DNA of 64,000 nucleotides from Candidatus Latescibacterota bacterium. Lineage in GTDB: Bacteria; Latescibacterota; UBA2968; UBA8231. A program made the translations under genes and the position numbers. The stretch spans positions 1,920,001-1,984,000 of the forward strand of contig OZ241867.1 in NCBI GenBank assembly GCA_965203175.1. The letters are read 5' to 3'. This document shows, piece by piece, positions 1 to 10,158 of the stretch; within the stretch, counting starts at the first letter, position 1; each line of letters opens with the position of its first letter. A model generated the notes under the pieces. It was not told where the DNA came from. It searched no databases and saw only the letters and a list, made by a program, of their open reading frames with translations.

Positions 1-173
1 TTATCCGCGCACCCCGCATCGCGCGGTTGGGCGACGAGGTCACAGCACTGGCGACCTGCGGTGACGATGTGGTCGTGGCGCGCCAAGGCCAAGTGCTCGT
101 CGCCTCGTTCCATCCTGAACTGACCAGCGATTTGAGCATCCATCGCTATTTCGTCGATATGGTTGGGCGCTAG
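1..173 (+). CDS. pdxT: 3' end of pyridoxal 5'-phosphate synthase glutaminase subunit (partial, starts before window)
   Basis: Frame from nt 3 reads IRAPRI...VLVASFHPELTSDLSIHRYF..., stop TAG at 171-173. (F)IRAP and FHPELT are PdxT/SNO motifs. Not in the ORF track. Confidence 0.9.
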   Translation, partial: IRAPRIARLGDEVTALATCGDDVVVARQGQVLVASFHPELTSDLSIHRYFVDMVGR

Positions 174-227
174 GAAATCGAAAGCAGTCGGTATTGAGAG
201 ACTTCTAAATCCTCATAGGAGGCAATC

Positions 228-2504
228 ATGCGCCTCGCACTGACCTTATGCCTGCTCTTGTTCAACCGCACCTTGGCCGACACCCCACTCACCATCGTCG
301 AGCAAGGACAGAGCCAAGCCCGCATCGGCGTCCACCCCGAAGCGGACGAGTGGGAGCGCCACGCCGCCAGCGACCTAGTGCGCTATATCGAGGAAATGAG
401 CGGTGCCCGCCTACCGCTCATTGACCAAGCCGACGCTCTGCACCAAGCCCTAGCCGAAGCCACTCCACTCATTCTGGTAGGCCGGGCTGCCCTCAAAGCC
501 GAGCCATCCTTAGTACCCCGCCTACAAGCCCTGCAAAAACCCCGGCCCGTCCTGCGCAGCGACGCCATCATCGCCCAGCGTCAAGACAACCGCATCTACT
601 TAGCTGGGACCAACGACGAATCGCACTACTATGCCGCTGTAGAATTGCTGCACCACTGGGGCTGCCGTTGGTATCTACCCACCGACTTCGGCGCCAGCAT
701 CCCCCAGCAATCCACCCTGTCCATCGACGCCCTCGACGTGGCCTATGCCCCGCCCTTTGAGGTGCGGCGCTACTGGCTCTCTTGGCACGGCGACAACAGC
801 GGCCGCGCCGAATTCATGCGGCGCAATCGGCTCAACGACCTATCCGTGCCGGCTGGCCACGCCTTGGGCCACTACGTCGACGATCTGCCAAGTGTAGGGT
901 CTTCGGCCCAGGCCATCTGCCTGTCCGATCCCGCTACGGCCCACCACATTGCCGCGCAAGTCATGGAGCGCTTTGCCGAGGGAGCCCGAGCCGTATCTCT
1001 AGGCATGGACGATGGCCTCTACGATCTGGCTTGCGCCTCCGACTCCGTTTTGGCCGCTGGCCTATGGGACAAAAACTTCATGGCTCCGGCTCTCACCGAC
1101 CCCTTCATGGCCCTGTACAACAACGTCGCCGAGATAACCCAAGTCCGTTTCCCCGACCGTCGCATTGGCTTCCTAGCCTATTCCAACATCACCTTGCCGC
1201 CCCAACGCCACACGGTGGCTGCCGAGCCTCTGGTAGCGTACCTGGCACCCATCGACGTCTGCCCCATCCATGGCATGGACGATCCCGCTTGTCCACCTAG
1301 CCAAGAGTACCGCGACGTCATGTATCGCTGGGCCCAAACCATGCAGGGCCGCCTCATCATCTACGACTACGACCAAAGCATGCTGGTCTGGCGCGACATC
1401 CCCAACCCCTCCATCCAAGCCATCCGCCAAGACATCCAGCACTACCGCGCCGCTGGCATCCTCGGGGTCGATACCGAGAGCCGGGGTGCCATGGCCACGA
1501 CGTTCCTCAACCTGTATTTGAGAAGCCGTCTCTATTGGGATCCCGATGTGGACGTCGAAGCCGTGCTGGAAGAGTTCTATCCCCGCTTCTTCGGACCAGC
1601 CGCCGCGCCCATGCGCGCCTATTGGCAGGCCATCCACCGCGCTTGGGAACAGACTCCATCCCACGAGCACGAATTCATGCTGGCCCCCACGGTGTACACG
1701 CCAGAGTTGGTGCAAATGCTGGCTCCCCGCGTCGCCGAGGCCGAAATCCTAGTCGCCGATTTACCCTCTGATGACTTATTCGTCCAGCGGGTGCGCTTTG
1801 TCAGGGCTGGTTTTGGCGTTTTGCAAAACTACATGGACATGGTCGCCCAAGCCGTCACGCAGGTAGATTATCCAGCCGCCGTACAGGCCGGCGAACGGGG
1901 CCTCGCTTGGCGCGACAGCCTGACGCAAATGCACCCTACATTCACCACCACCCGTCTAGAGCAAGGCGATCCCTGGTGGACCGGAGAGGTCGAACAGTAC
2001 CGGGATCTGAGCAAATTGACGCACGGACCCCAAGGCCACCTAGTGCAAAAGCTCCCTCTCGAATGGACCTTCCGCACGGATCCGCACGACGCTGGCCTGC
2101 ACCAAGGATGGGGACGTTCCGATCTCGACCTATCGTCGTGGCGACCGCTGCGCACCGACCTCTACATGGAAGTCCAGGGAGTTGCTGCGGCCGATGGCGG
2201 CGAGTACAATGGCTTTGTCTGGTACCGCACGGACATTGAGATAAGCGCAACTGAGGCCGGCCAAACGCTCCACATCCGCTTTCCCGGCCTGTTCGGCAAA
2301 GCTTGGCTCTACGTCGATGGTTACTTGGTGGGGCACCGCGCCTGGCGTCCCATGTGGTGGCACAACGACTATCGCTTCGAATGGGATGTCGATCTGAGCG
2401 AGGCCCTGTCTCCCGGCACCCACACCCTAGCCTTGCGCCTGCACAACGAGCATCACATGGGCGGCATCTGGCGCCGTCCTTTTCTCTATGAGAAGCGCAT
2501 GTAG
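228..2504 (+). CDS. Secreted DUF4838-like putative glycoside hydrolase with C-terminal GH2-type sugar-binding domain
   Basis: Signal peptide. N-terminal AASDLVRYIEEMSGARLP...IYLAG...GCRWY region resembles DUF4838/GH67-N. C-terminal W.FRTDP...YNGFVWYRT...AWLYVDG...GGIWRRP jelly roll. RBS AGGAGG. Confidence 0.7.
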   Translation: MRLALTLCLLLFNRTLADTPLTIVEQGQSQARIGVHPEADEWERHAASDLVRYIEEMSGARLPLIDQADALHQALAEATPLILVGRAALKAEPSLVPRLQALQKPRPVLRSDAIIAQRQDNRIYLAGTNDESHYYAAVELLHHWGCRWYLPTDFGASIPQQSTLSIDALDVAYAPPFEVRRYWLSWHGDNSGRAEFMRRNRLNDLSVPAGHALGHYVDDLPSVGSSAQAICLSDPATAHHIAAQVMERFAEGARAVSLGMDDGLYDLACASDSVLAAGLWDKNFMAPALTDPFMALYNNVAEITQVRFPDRRIGFLAYSNITLPPQRHTVAAEPLVAYLAPIDVCPIHGMDDPACPPSQEYRDVMYRWAQTMQGRLIIYDYDQSMLVWRDIPNPSIQAIRQDIQHYRAAGILGVDTESRGAMATTFLNLYLRSRLYWDPDVDVEAVLEEFYPRFFGPAAAPMRAYWQAIHRAWEQTPSHEHEFMLAPTVYTPELVQMLAPRVAEAEILVADLPSDDLFVQRVRFVRAGFGVLQNYMDMVAQAVTQVDYPAAVQAGERGLAWRDSLTQMHPTFTTTRLEQGDPWWTGEVEQYRDLSKLTHGPQGHLVQKLPLEWTFRTDPHDAGLHQGWGRSDLDLSSWRPLRTDLYMEVQGVAAADGGEYNGFVWYRTDIEISATEAGQTLHIRFPGLFGKAWLYVDGYLVGHRAWRPMWWHNDYRFEWDVDLSEALSPGTHTLALRLHNEHHMGGIWRRPFLYEKRM

Positions 2505-2568
2505 GAGCAGGTCAAAGCATTCAGATCGCGGAAATCCCAATCCTCGACCAACCTGAAAGGAATCGTCC

Positions 2569-3408
2569 ATGATCGTCGATACCCACGTACACATCTGGGA
2601 AATGTCCGAGAAATACCCCATCGGACCCACCGCCCCTAACTGGACCTCCGAGCCGGACGAACCCGCCACCGCCGACGAGCTAATCGAGGACATGGACCAA
2701 AACGGCGTTGACCGCAGCGTCTTAGTGCAGACTAGCTGGTCCACTTGGGACAACGGCTATATCGCCGATTCGCAGGCCCGCTTCCCCGACCGCTTTATCG
2801 GCCACGGCATGCTCGACCCGCAAAATCCAGACAATGCCGACCAAGCGCGCTACTGGATGGAGGAGCGCGGCTTGCTCGGTTTCCGCTTCCACCCCATGTA
2901 CTACCCGGACGAAAAAGTCCTGACCACGCCTCAGAACCGTCCCATGTGGGAAGTCCTAGCCGCAATGGGTGCCGTCATCCAGTTCCATCTCAACGCCGCT
3001 TGCGCCGATCAAGTAGCTGAAATCGCCCGCCGCCATCCGCAGATGCCCCTGCTGTTGGACCACATGGGCTATCCCAACCTCGACGAACCGCCCGAGGCTT
3101 TTCAGCCCATTGTCGAGCTAGCCGGTTTCGACAATGTGGCAGTGAAAATATCGGACGTCCACGGCCGTTCAAAGCAGGCTTTCCCCTATGCCGACGTGCA
3201 TCCCTTCATCCAGCGCCTGCACCGCTCCTTTGGGGCCGAGCGCATGCTGTGGGGCACGGGTTATCCGGGGCACCACCGTACCAAGCACAACTGGCCAACC
3301 CTAGGCGAAGAGTTGCGTTTAGTACAGGAAGGTTTCGACTTTCTCAGCCCGCGCGAAAAAGACCAGATGCTAGGCGGTACAGCCGCCCGTATCTGGGGAC
3401 TGATCTAA
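2569..3408 (+). CDS. Amidohydrolase_2 family protein (sugar lactonase-like)
   Basis: DTHVHIW, LLDHMG, VKIS and ERMLWGTGYP motifs. Confidence 0.85.
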   Translation: MIVDTHVHIWEMSEKYPIGPTAPNWTSEPDEPATADELIEDMDQNGVDRSVLVQTSWSTWDNGYIADSQARFPDRFIGHGMLDPQNPDNADQARYWMEERGLLGFRFHPMYYPDEKVLTTPQNRPMWEVLAAMGAVIQFHLNAACADQVAEIARRHPQMPLLLDHMGYPNLDEPPEAFQPIVELAGFDNVAVKISDVHGRSKQAFPYADVHPFIQRLHRSFGAERMLWGTGYPGHHRTKHNWPTLGEELRLVQEGFDFLSPREKDQMLGGTAARIWGLI

Positions 3409-3451
3409 CCGTTACAAGTTCGTCCATACATAATCCAAAAGGGAGACCCGC

Positions 3452-4969
3452 ATGACATTGGACACCAACGACCAAAACATATATCAAGCCATTGGCGTCG
3501 AACCCATCATCAACTGCCGTGGCACCTTTACCATCATCGGCGGCTCGGTCGAACTCCCCGAAGTTGTGGCGGCCATGGAAGCAGCCTCGGGCTACTTCGT
3601 CCAATACGACGAACTGGCCGAAGCCGTCGGCCAAAGACTCGCTGAGATTACCGGTGCCGACTGGGGCCTGATTCCGGCGGGCTGCGCCGCTGGCCTCAAG
3701 CACATCACCGCAGCTTGCGTCACTGGCGGCAATCCCGAAAAACTGATCCGCATCCCGGATTTGACTGGCTTGGACAAAACCCAAGTCATCATCCCCCGGT
3801 ACTCGCGCAACGCCTACGACCACGCCCTGCGCAGCATCGGCGTCGAAATCGTCATGGTCGAGACCCGGGTCGAATTGGAGCAAGCCATCAATCCCCGCAC
3901 CGCCATGATCTACATAACCACGGGGGCAGGTTCCGCCACCGGCCAACCGCTTTCCCTAGAGGTTATTGCTGAAGTAGCCCGCCCGCACAACATTCCCATC
4001 CTCGCCGACTCCGCGGCCGAAAACCTCACCATTCCCAATGTCCATTTGCAAAGGGGAGCTACGGTCGTGGCCTACAGCGGCGGCAAAGCTCTGTGCGGGC
4101 CCCAGTGCGCCGGCTTGGTTCTGGGCGACAAAGCCTTGCTCCAGTCGGCGTGGCAATTCAGTTCGCCGCACCACGGGCCGGGCCGCGATAATAAAATCGG
4201 CAAGGAAGAGATCATGGGGATGCTAGCGGCAGTGGAAGCCTGGGTGCGCCGCGACCACGCCGCCGAATGGCAGACTTGGCTGTCCTATCTCGACCACATC
4301 GCCCAGCGGGTGCGCGACATTGACAGCGTATCGACCGAGGTCAACGATCCCACTGGCCTGTCCAACCGCGCTCCGGTCCTCACCATTAGCTGGGACCCGG
4401 CTGTCTTGCACATTACCGGCGCAGAGGTCGCCGAGGATTTCGCCCGCAACAAACCCCGCATTGCCGTGGCCAGCGGCGATGCCAATGGCCGCACTTCCAT
4501 CGGCATCACGCCCAACCAGATGCAGCCGGGCAACGACGAAGTGGTCGCCGACCGGATCCACCGCATCTTATCGGCGCAACGGAGTCCCCAATCGACCGAG
4601 CTAGCCCCTCCGTCAACTGATGTCAGCGGTTCCTGGGATCTGACCATCAACTATTCGAGCAGCAGCAGCCAGCACCAGCTATTCCTCGAACAGGAGGGGC
4701 ATTGGATCGGCGGCACCCATATAAGCGATTTTTCTCAACAGCAAATCGCCGGCGTCATCGAAGGCGATCAGGTAAAGCTGCGCAGCCAAGTGAGCCGCCC
4801 AGGCGATAACATCCCCTTCCTATTTGCGGGCCGCGCTGCGGCAGACCGCATTTCGGGATTCATTCACCTAGGCGAGTACCGCAACGCCGATTTCATCGCC
4901 TGCCGCTCCCAGTACGCAAAAGCGCCGATCTCCATTGCCATACCCGGCGGAGCGCCGCTGGCTACCTAG
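3452..4969 (+). CDS. SelA-like/DgaE-family PLP-dependent enzyme with extra C-terminal domain
   Basis: IINCRGTFTIIGGS start, YSGGKALCGPQ PLP-lysine motif, GRDNKIGKEEIMG. About 120 aa C-terminal extension. Confidence 0.8.
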   Translation: MTLDTNDQNIYQAIGVEPIINCRGTFTIIGGSVELPEVVAAMEAASGYFVQYDELAEAVGQRLAEITGADWGLIPAGCAAGLKHITAACVTGGNPEKLIRIPDLTGLDKTQVIIPRYSRNAYDHALRSIGVEIVMVETRVELEQAINPRTAMIYITTGAGSATGQPLSLEVIAEVARPHNIPILADSAAENLTIPNVHLQRGATVVAYSGGKALCGPQCAGLVLGDKALLQSAWQFSSPHHGPGRDNKIGKEEIMGMLAAVEAWVRRDHAAEWQTWLSYLDHIAQRVRDIDSVSTEVNDPTGLSNRAPVLTISWDPAVLHITGAEVAEDFARNKPRIAVASGDANGRTSIGITPNQMQPGNDEVVADRIHRILSAQRSPQSTELAPPSTDVSGSWDLTINYSSSSSQHQLFLEQEGHWIGGTHISDFSQQQIAGVIEGDQVKLRSQVSRPGDNIPFLFAGRAAADRISGFIHLGEYRNADFIACRSQYAKAPISIAIPGGAPLAT

Positions 4970-6074
4970 AGTCCGGCGCGACCGCCTTCCTGCGCAAGGT
5001 CTGCGCCGCCAGCAGCTCGGCATCCGGCGTCGGCAGATCGCCAGTCGAGGGCTTGAAGACGCAGCCCTCGGCCAGTTCTAGGGGCGGTTGCGACAGGTCG
5101 CGGCGATAGAAGCGGGAGGAAGGGAACAAGTCGCCTGGGTAGGTGAAGTTCTCCAGCGTCGCCAGCTCCACGCAGATCGATCCCCCCAGAGCGCTTTCGA
5201 GCATGCCCCCGACCCACACCGGCACGCCGGCGTCCCTGGCCATATCGTGCACGGCGAGGGCATTGGTCAAGCCGCCGATCCTTCCCGGCTTGATGTTGAT
5301 GTAGCGACAGGCGCCGATGCGCAGCGCCTGCTCGGCGGTGCGCGGATCGATGATGCTCTCGTCGAGACAGATGGGCGTGCCGATCTGTCTCGCGAGCTCG
5401 GCGTGATCGAGCAGGTCGTTGTACGCAAGTGGCTGCTCGATGAAGGCGAGCCCCATGCCGTCGATAGCCTTGAAAAATGGCAGATCGTCGAGGGTGTACC
5501 CGCTGTTGCAGTCGATGTGGAAGGTGGTGTCGGGGAAGGTGCTGGTGACGATTTGCAGCATTTCCAAGTCCCAGCCTGGGGCCGCTTTCAGCTTGATGCG
5601 CGGGAATCCGGCGTCGACGGCCTTCTGAATATTCCCGAGGAGCATGTCGTAGGAGTCCTGGATGCCGAAATCAGCGCCGGCCACCACGTCGCGGGTCTGG
5701 CCGCCGAGAAGCCGATGCAGGGGGGTGCCAGTGATGCGGCTCTGCAGCGTCCACCAGCCGATCTCCACGGCCGCCTTGGCGAAGCTATTGCCCTTGAAAA
5801 TCGCCAGCCGCTGGTTGAGCTCGGCGGCCGTGTCGTACTCGCGCCCCACGACCCAGGGCCCTATCACCTCGGAGACGTGGTAGAACGCGGACCCGGCGCT
5901 CTCATTGAGATAGGTGGGTGCGAAGAAGGGGGTGCTCTCCGACCAGGCTTCGTGCTCGCCGCTGGTCAGCTTGACGAGTACCGAGTGGATGTCGGCGTCT
6001 TCCCCATACGCCGTGCGCCAGGGATAGATGAGCGGCATCACCACGTAGTACACGTCGAGTCTGTCGATTCGCAT
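4962..6074 (-). CDS. menC: o-succinylbenzoate synthase / N-acylamino acid racemase (enolase superfamily)
   Basis: KLK, D(C)NSGY, IEQP, LDESI, NIKPGRIGG, GGMLES motifs of the OSBS/NAAAR subfamily. Confidence 0.85.
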   Translation of the reverse strand: MRIDRLDVYYVVMPLIYPWRTAYGEDADIHSVLVKLTSGEHEAWSESTPFFAPTYLNESAGSAFYHVSEVIGPWVVGREYDTAAELNQRLAIFKGNSFAKAAVEIGWWTLQSRITGTPLHRLLGGQTRDVVAGADFGIQDSYDMLLGNIQKAVDAGFPRIKLKAAPGWDLEMLQIVTSTFPDTTFHIDCNSGYTLDDLPFFKAIDGMGLAFIEQPLAYNDLLDHAELARQIGTPICLDESIIDPRTAEQALRIGACRYINIKPGRIGGLTNALAVHDMARDAGVPVWVGGMLESALGGSICVELATLENFTYPGDLFPSSRFYRRDLSQPPLELAEGCVFKPSTGDLPTPDAELLAAQTLRRKAVAPDSR

Positions 6075-7214
6075 CTATCGCCTCGCCTCCCCGGCCAGCG
6101 TCGTCACCGCTTCGACCAGTGTGTCCAGCTCCGCGTCGCTGGTGTAGAAAGCCACCGAGATCCGCACGCCGGTCGGATCGGTCATGTACGTGCCCCGTTG
6201 GACTATCTGCCAGCGCTGTCTGAGGGCAGTGGAGACCTCGTCGCCCTCCATCCCTGCGATGGCGAATGTGACGATGCCACTCCGGGTCTCGGGGCGGCGT
6301 GAACTGACTACCTGCACACCGGGAATGGCATCGAGACGCGCCCACAACCCCTCTGCCTTGCGGCTCGCCTCCGCGGCGATGGCCTGAGAGCCGCCGATGC
6401 AGGTCAGGAAGTCGAAGCTGGCACCGACACCCAAGTAGAGCACGCTCGCCGGACTCCCCATCTCGTACTGTCGCGCTGAGGCGGAGGGATCGTGCGGACG
6501 CCGCAACGGCCTGAGAGTCTGCTGCGCATCTTTGCGGACGTAGAGGAACCCCGTGCCGATCGGCGCCAGCAGCCACTTGTAGCAGTTGGTAGCGTAGAAG
6601 TCGCAGCCCATGCCATGGAGGTCCACCGGCAGCTGCCCCACCGCCTGACAGCCGTCCCACAGCGTGAGGATTCCGCGGGCCCGAGCTAGGGCGCAGATCT
6701 CCTCAGCCGGTAGCAGGGTGCCCGAATCGGTGGTGACGTGACTGAAGCAGATCAGCCGGGTGCGTGGCGTGATGGCCTGTTCCACCCGTTCTAGGATCAC
6801 GTCTTTGTCATGGTCCAGCTCGACCTCCTTGATGACGGCCCCCTCCCGGTCGGCTAGTCCTTGAACGGACTGAAGCGGTACCGGATGCTCCTCGCTGGTG
6901 ATCAACACCTCGTCACCCGGTTCCCAGCGCAGCCCCCCCAACACCATGCCAAAGCCGTCGCCGGTACTCATGGTCAAGGCGATCTCCGTCGAGTCGGCCC
7001 CTAAGAAGTCGGCGATCTTCGCAGGAATCTCGGAAGCGGCCTTGCTCATCGCTTCATACCAGTCGATGGGACTCAGTCTGCCATCGGCCATTAGCTGGTA
7101 GCCGGCGGTGATCGCCTGACTCACGCTGGCGGGTGCCTGGCCGACCCCGCCGGTATTGAGATAGACGCCAAACCGCAGACCCGGGATCTGATCTCGAATC
7201 TCAGCGACATCCAT
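6075..7214 (-). CDS. Aminotransferase class V PLP enzyme (cysteine desulfurase / isopenicillin epimerase-like)
   Basis: YLNTGG, EEHP, SHVT, DGCQAVG, YKWLLAP.GTG motifs. Confidence 0.85.
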   Translation of the reverse strand: MDVAEIRDQIPGLRFGVYLNTGGVGQAPASVSQAITAGYQLMADGRLSPIDWYEAMSKAASEIPAKIADFLGADSTEIALTMSTGDGFGMVLGGLRWEPGDEVLITSEEHPVPLQSVQGLADREGAVIKEVELDHDKDVILERVEQAITPRTRLICFSHVTTDSGTLLPAEEICALARARGILTLWDGCQAVGQLPVDLHGMGCDFYATNCYKWLLAPIGTGFLYVRKDAQQTLRPLRRPHDPSASARQYEMGSPASVLYLGVGASFDFLTCIGGSQAIAAEASRKAEGLWARLDAIPGVQVVSSRRPETRSGIVTFAIAGMEGDEVSTALRQRWQIVQRGTYMTDPTGVRISVAFYTSDAELDTLVEAVTTLAGEARR

Positions 7215-7237
7215 TGGCCTGTTCCTCTCTGTGCTGA

Positions 7238-8500
7238 CTATTGAACGCGCACCCCGGCTTGAAAAACCGCCCTGACGTCGCTGAAGGCGGCCACATCTGC
7301 CGTCGGATCGCTCCCAAAGGCGACGAGGTCCGCAGATTTGCCGACCTCGATGGTCCCCACCTCATCGGCAATACCGGCCGCCTCGGCCGAAACCCGGGTC
7401 GCCGCGACGAGGGCTTCGGCTGGGGTAAAGCCGCATTCGACCAGTAGTTGAAGGTCGTAGTCTAAGTGGCCGAATTCGAGGCTGCCCACTCCCGAATCCG
7501 TGCCGGGCACCACGCGCTCCTTCAGACAGTAGTCGAGCATCTGCCGCATCACGTCCAGCCGCTTCTCCGCTCGTTGTTCGAGATGGGCGAGCGCTGTCTC
7601 CTCTTTGGCACTCATAGCGCCCTCGTCGCGCAGCTTGCGCAGGCGCACCATCTCCGGATAGTTGGTCCACGCCTGCAGCGTGGGGCTCAGCCAGATGCCG
7701 GATTCGGCCAACATCTCGGCTACTTTCGGGTCGAAGCGCATCACGTGGTCCGGTTCAAGAAACTCGACGTGCTCGATCAGGTCGATGCCGGCCTCGACGG
7801 CCCGCACCATCGATTCCTTGGCGCGGCAATGGGCGACAGTGAGGCGGTGAAACTGGCGCGCCTCGCCCACCAGGGCCTGCAGTTCTTCAGTCGAATAGGA
7901 GGCCAACCCCGGAATCGTGCCGGTCGTCCCTCCCCCGGAGGCCATTACTTTGATGTAGTCGGCTCCCTCGTGCACGAGCTGGCGCACGGAGCGGCGGATC
8001 TCTTCTACTCCGTCGGCGATCTCGTTGCACATGTGGAAGTGGCCACCCGTGCAGGTGATCGGGCGACCGCTGACGAGCAGCCGCGGCCCGGAGATGTATC
8101 CGCGTTTCAGACCTTGCTTGAGGATGAATCCGACTCGGTTGCGGGCGCCGTGCTCGCACAGGGTGGTGATACCGGCGCGCAGGTGCTTGCGCATGTTCAT
8201 GGCCCCGATGAGCACCATGGTCTCATCGCTTTCCCGGAATGTCTGATCGTAGGGCTGGCCGTTTCCCGGGAGGCTGAGGTGGGTGTGGCCATCGATAAGA
8301 CCGGGGGTGAGGCAGCAGCCGTTCAAATCGACGGTCGGGGTATCGGGAGGCGTCTCCTGCTCCACCTGTGCCAGTGGTCCGACCGCGGCGATCTCGCCAT
8401 TTCGTACGAATACCGCCTGCCCGGCCTTGGCGCTGCCGCCGAGGCCATCGGCAAGCAGTCCTGGGCGAATCAGTACCGTCTGTGAATTCGCTTTAGACAT
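7238..8500 (-). CDS. Metal-dependent amidohydrolase (imidazolonepropionase / Xaa-Pro dipeptidase-like)
   Basis: PGLIDGHTH, IKVMASGG, VAHC, IEH, GTDSG, GTIEVGKSADLV. Confidence 0.85.
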   Translation of the reverse strand: MSKANSQTVLIRPGLLADGLGGSAKAGQAVFVRNGEIAAVGPLAQVEQETPPDTPTVDLNGCCLTPGLIDGHTHLSLPGNGQPYDQTFRESDETMVLIGAMNMRKHLRAGITTLCEHGARNRVGFILKQGLKRGYISGPRLLVSGRPITCTGGHFHMCNEIADGVEEIRRSVRQLVHEGADYIKVMASGGGTTGTIPGLASYSTEELQALVGEARQFHRLTVAHCRAKESMVRAVEAGIDLIEHVEFLEPDHVMRFDPKVAEMLAESGIWLSPTLQAWTNYPEMVRLRKLRDEGAMSAKEETALAHLEQRAEKRLDVMRQMLDYCLKERVVPGTDSGVGSLEFGHLDYDLQLLVECGFTPAEALVAATRVSAEAAGIADEVGTIEVGKSADLVAFGSDPTADVAAFSDVRAVFQAGVRVQ

Positions 8501-8619
8501 AGTTTGTCTCCGTTGTCGCGTTCAAATTGTGCATCGGTCAAATTCGGTTCATATTTTTGGGCCAACCCAATATAGAGCCTTGCGGCTACAATGGCCCGTC
8601 CTGCACTGGAGAACCTATC

Positions 8620-9426
8620 ATGCTTTTCACCGACGCCCAAATCGAACACTACAAAACCCAGGGCTATCTGTCCGGCCCGCGCGTTCTATCCGACGAGCAG
8701 ATCAGCGCGCTCACGGAACGCATCGACGACATTCTCCACGGTCGCATCCCCTTCCCCAAACACCTGATGGGCGAAACCGTCGAGCAGTCCCGGGCCAAGG
8801 GTCAACTACCCTCAGTTAAGGTGGTCAACATCTTCCGCCGCGACCCGACCTTTGCCGCTCTCATAGACAACTCGACCATCAGCGCCCTGGCACACCAGCT
8901 CATGTCCGGCCCGGTGCGCATGTGGGAAGACCAGATGATCTACAAGCCGGCCTACGACGCGGAAACCGCCTTGGCCTGGCACCAAGACTACACCTTTTGG
9001 AATCACGTTGGCCCAGCCGATATGGGCACCTGCTGGATTGCCCTAGACGACGCCACGGTCGATAACGGCTGCATGCACGTCATCCCGGGCAGCCACCTAT
9101 GGAGGATGCGCTATAACCGCGAAGACGCCGTGGTTGACGATCCGCACTGGCTGTTACAACAGGAGGGCATTCCCGCCGGGGCCGACCTCACTCCAGTGCC
9201 CTGCGAGGTCAAAGCCGGGCACTGCCACTTCCACCACTGCCGCACCTTCCACGGCTCATACGGCAACAAGACCGACAACCCACGGCGCAGCTATATCATG
9301 CATCTCATGCCCGGCTACACTCGGCGCTTGGGCGACAATTGGAACGAGCGCATGGGCAACGTCGAAACCGTCGGCGTGGGCGAAGTTCTCCAAGGGGCGG
9401 ACTACCCAGAGCTGATAGCCGTGTGA
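8620..9426 (+). CDS. Phytanoyl-CoA dioxygenase (PhyH) family 2OG-Fe(II) enzyme
   Basis: WHQD...WIALDDATVDNGCMHVIPGSH...FHGS..N...RR. Start reassigned to ATG 8620 after GGAG. Confidence 0.9.
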   Translation: MLFTDAQIEHYKTQGYLSGPRVLSDEQISALTERIDDILHGRIPFPKHLMGETVEQSRAKGQLPSVKVVNIFRRDPTFAALIDNSTISALAHQLMSGPVRMWEDQMIYKPAYDAETALAWHQDYTFWNHVGPADMGTCWIALDDATVDNGCMHVIPGSHLWRMRYNREDAVVDDPHWLLQQEGIPAGADLTPVPCEVKAGHCHFHHCRTFHGSYGNKTDNPRRSYIMHLMPGYTRRLGDNWNERMGNVETVGVGEVLQGADYPELIAV

Positions 9427-9435
9427 AAAGCTTCC

Positions 9436-10158
9436 CTAGGCAAAGGGAAAGGTGCCGTCGTACCCCCTAGGCCGCGACACGTGCCAGACGCCCTCGTGCA
9501 TGGGCGTCATCTGGTAGTGGCACACCACATTGCTGCGTTCCATATCGTCGCGCTCTTTGGCTCCTTGGTGCGGTATGTGGCTCAAAAAGACGACGCAGTC
9601 GCCCGCCTTGGGGTAGAGGACGACGTGCTCCTGGGCGTCACACCAAGCCGCGAATTTGGGGCGGTCCTTGGGGTAGAGATGGGGAGGCTCCTGCAAATGG
9701 CCGTTTTTGACGTATTTGAGGTGGCCGTCTCCCGGCCCGTTGTCCTGCAAGTAATAGGTCGTATTGACTCCTACGGGCTGGGCCGCCAAGCGGTATTGCT
9801 CGACTTGCCGCTTTTCTTCCCAATAGCCGTAGAAATCCATGTGCCACTCCTGTAGGTACGGCCCCGGATTGATGTGCGCCCGCAGGCTGCGTAGCTGGCA
9901 TTGCTTGCCCATCATGCCCTCCAAATAAGGACGCACGCTCGGATGGCCTACCAACGGGGCGAAGGTCTCAGGCTCGCGGTCCAAGAGCGAATCGAACCAC
10001 ATATTGCCCACGGCATTCAAGCCTTCCTCCCAACCCATTTCGCGCGCGTAGTCCACCCGCTGCCGCACCAATTCCGTCTCTTGGGGACTCAAGGCCCCTT
10101 CGATCAAGACATAGCCGTCGCGCTCCAACTGGTCTAGTTTATTCGCCACATCCTGCAT
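9436..10158 (-). CDS. PhyH family dioxygenase
   Basis: LERDGYVLIEGAL, WHMD, PKAGDCVVF...PHQG. Start reassigned to ATG 10158 (AGGAG upstream). Confidence 0.8.
   Translation of the reverse strand: MQDVANKLDQLERDGYVLIEGALSPQETELVRQRVDYAREMGWEEGLNAVGNMWFDSLLDREPETFAPLVGHPSVRPYLEGMMGKQCQLRSLRAHINPGPYLQEWHMDFYGYWEEKRQVEQYRLAAQPVGVNTTYYLQDNGPGDGHLKYVKNGHLQEPPHLYPKDRPKFAAWCDAQEHVVLYPKAGDCVVFLSHIPHQGAKERDDMERSNVVCHYQMTPMHEGVWHVSRPRGYDGTFPFA

Noticed and set aside
3452-4969. True selenocysteine synthase selA serving the selenoprotein
   Set aside because: The motifs fit the DgaE/SelA-like branch (no NATGV.LHTNLGR), and no selB, selC or selD is nearby.
5088-8485. Long antisense ORFs 5088-6302 and 7466-8485
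   Set aside because: Shadows of well-supported minus-strand genes in GC-rich DNA, with no recognisable motifs.
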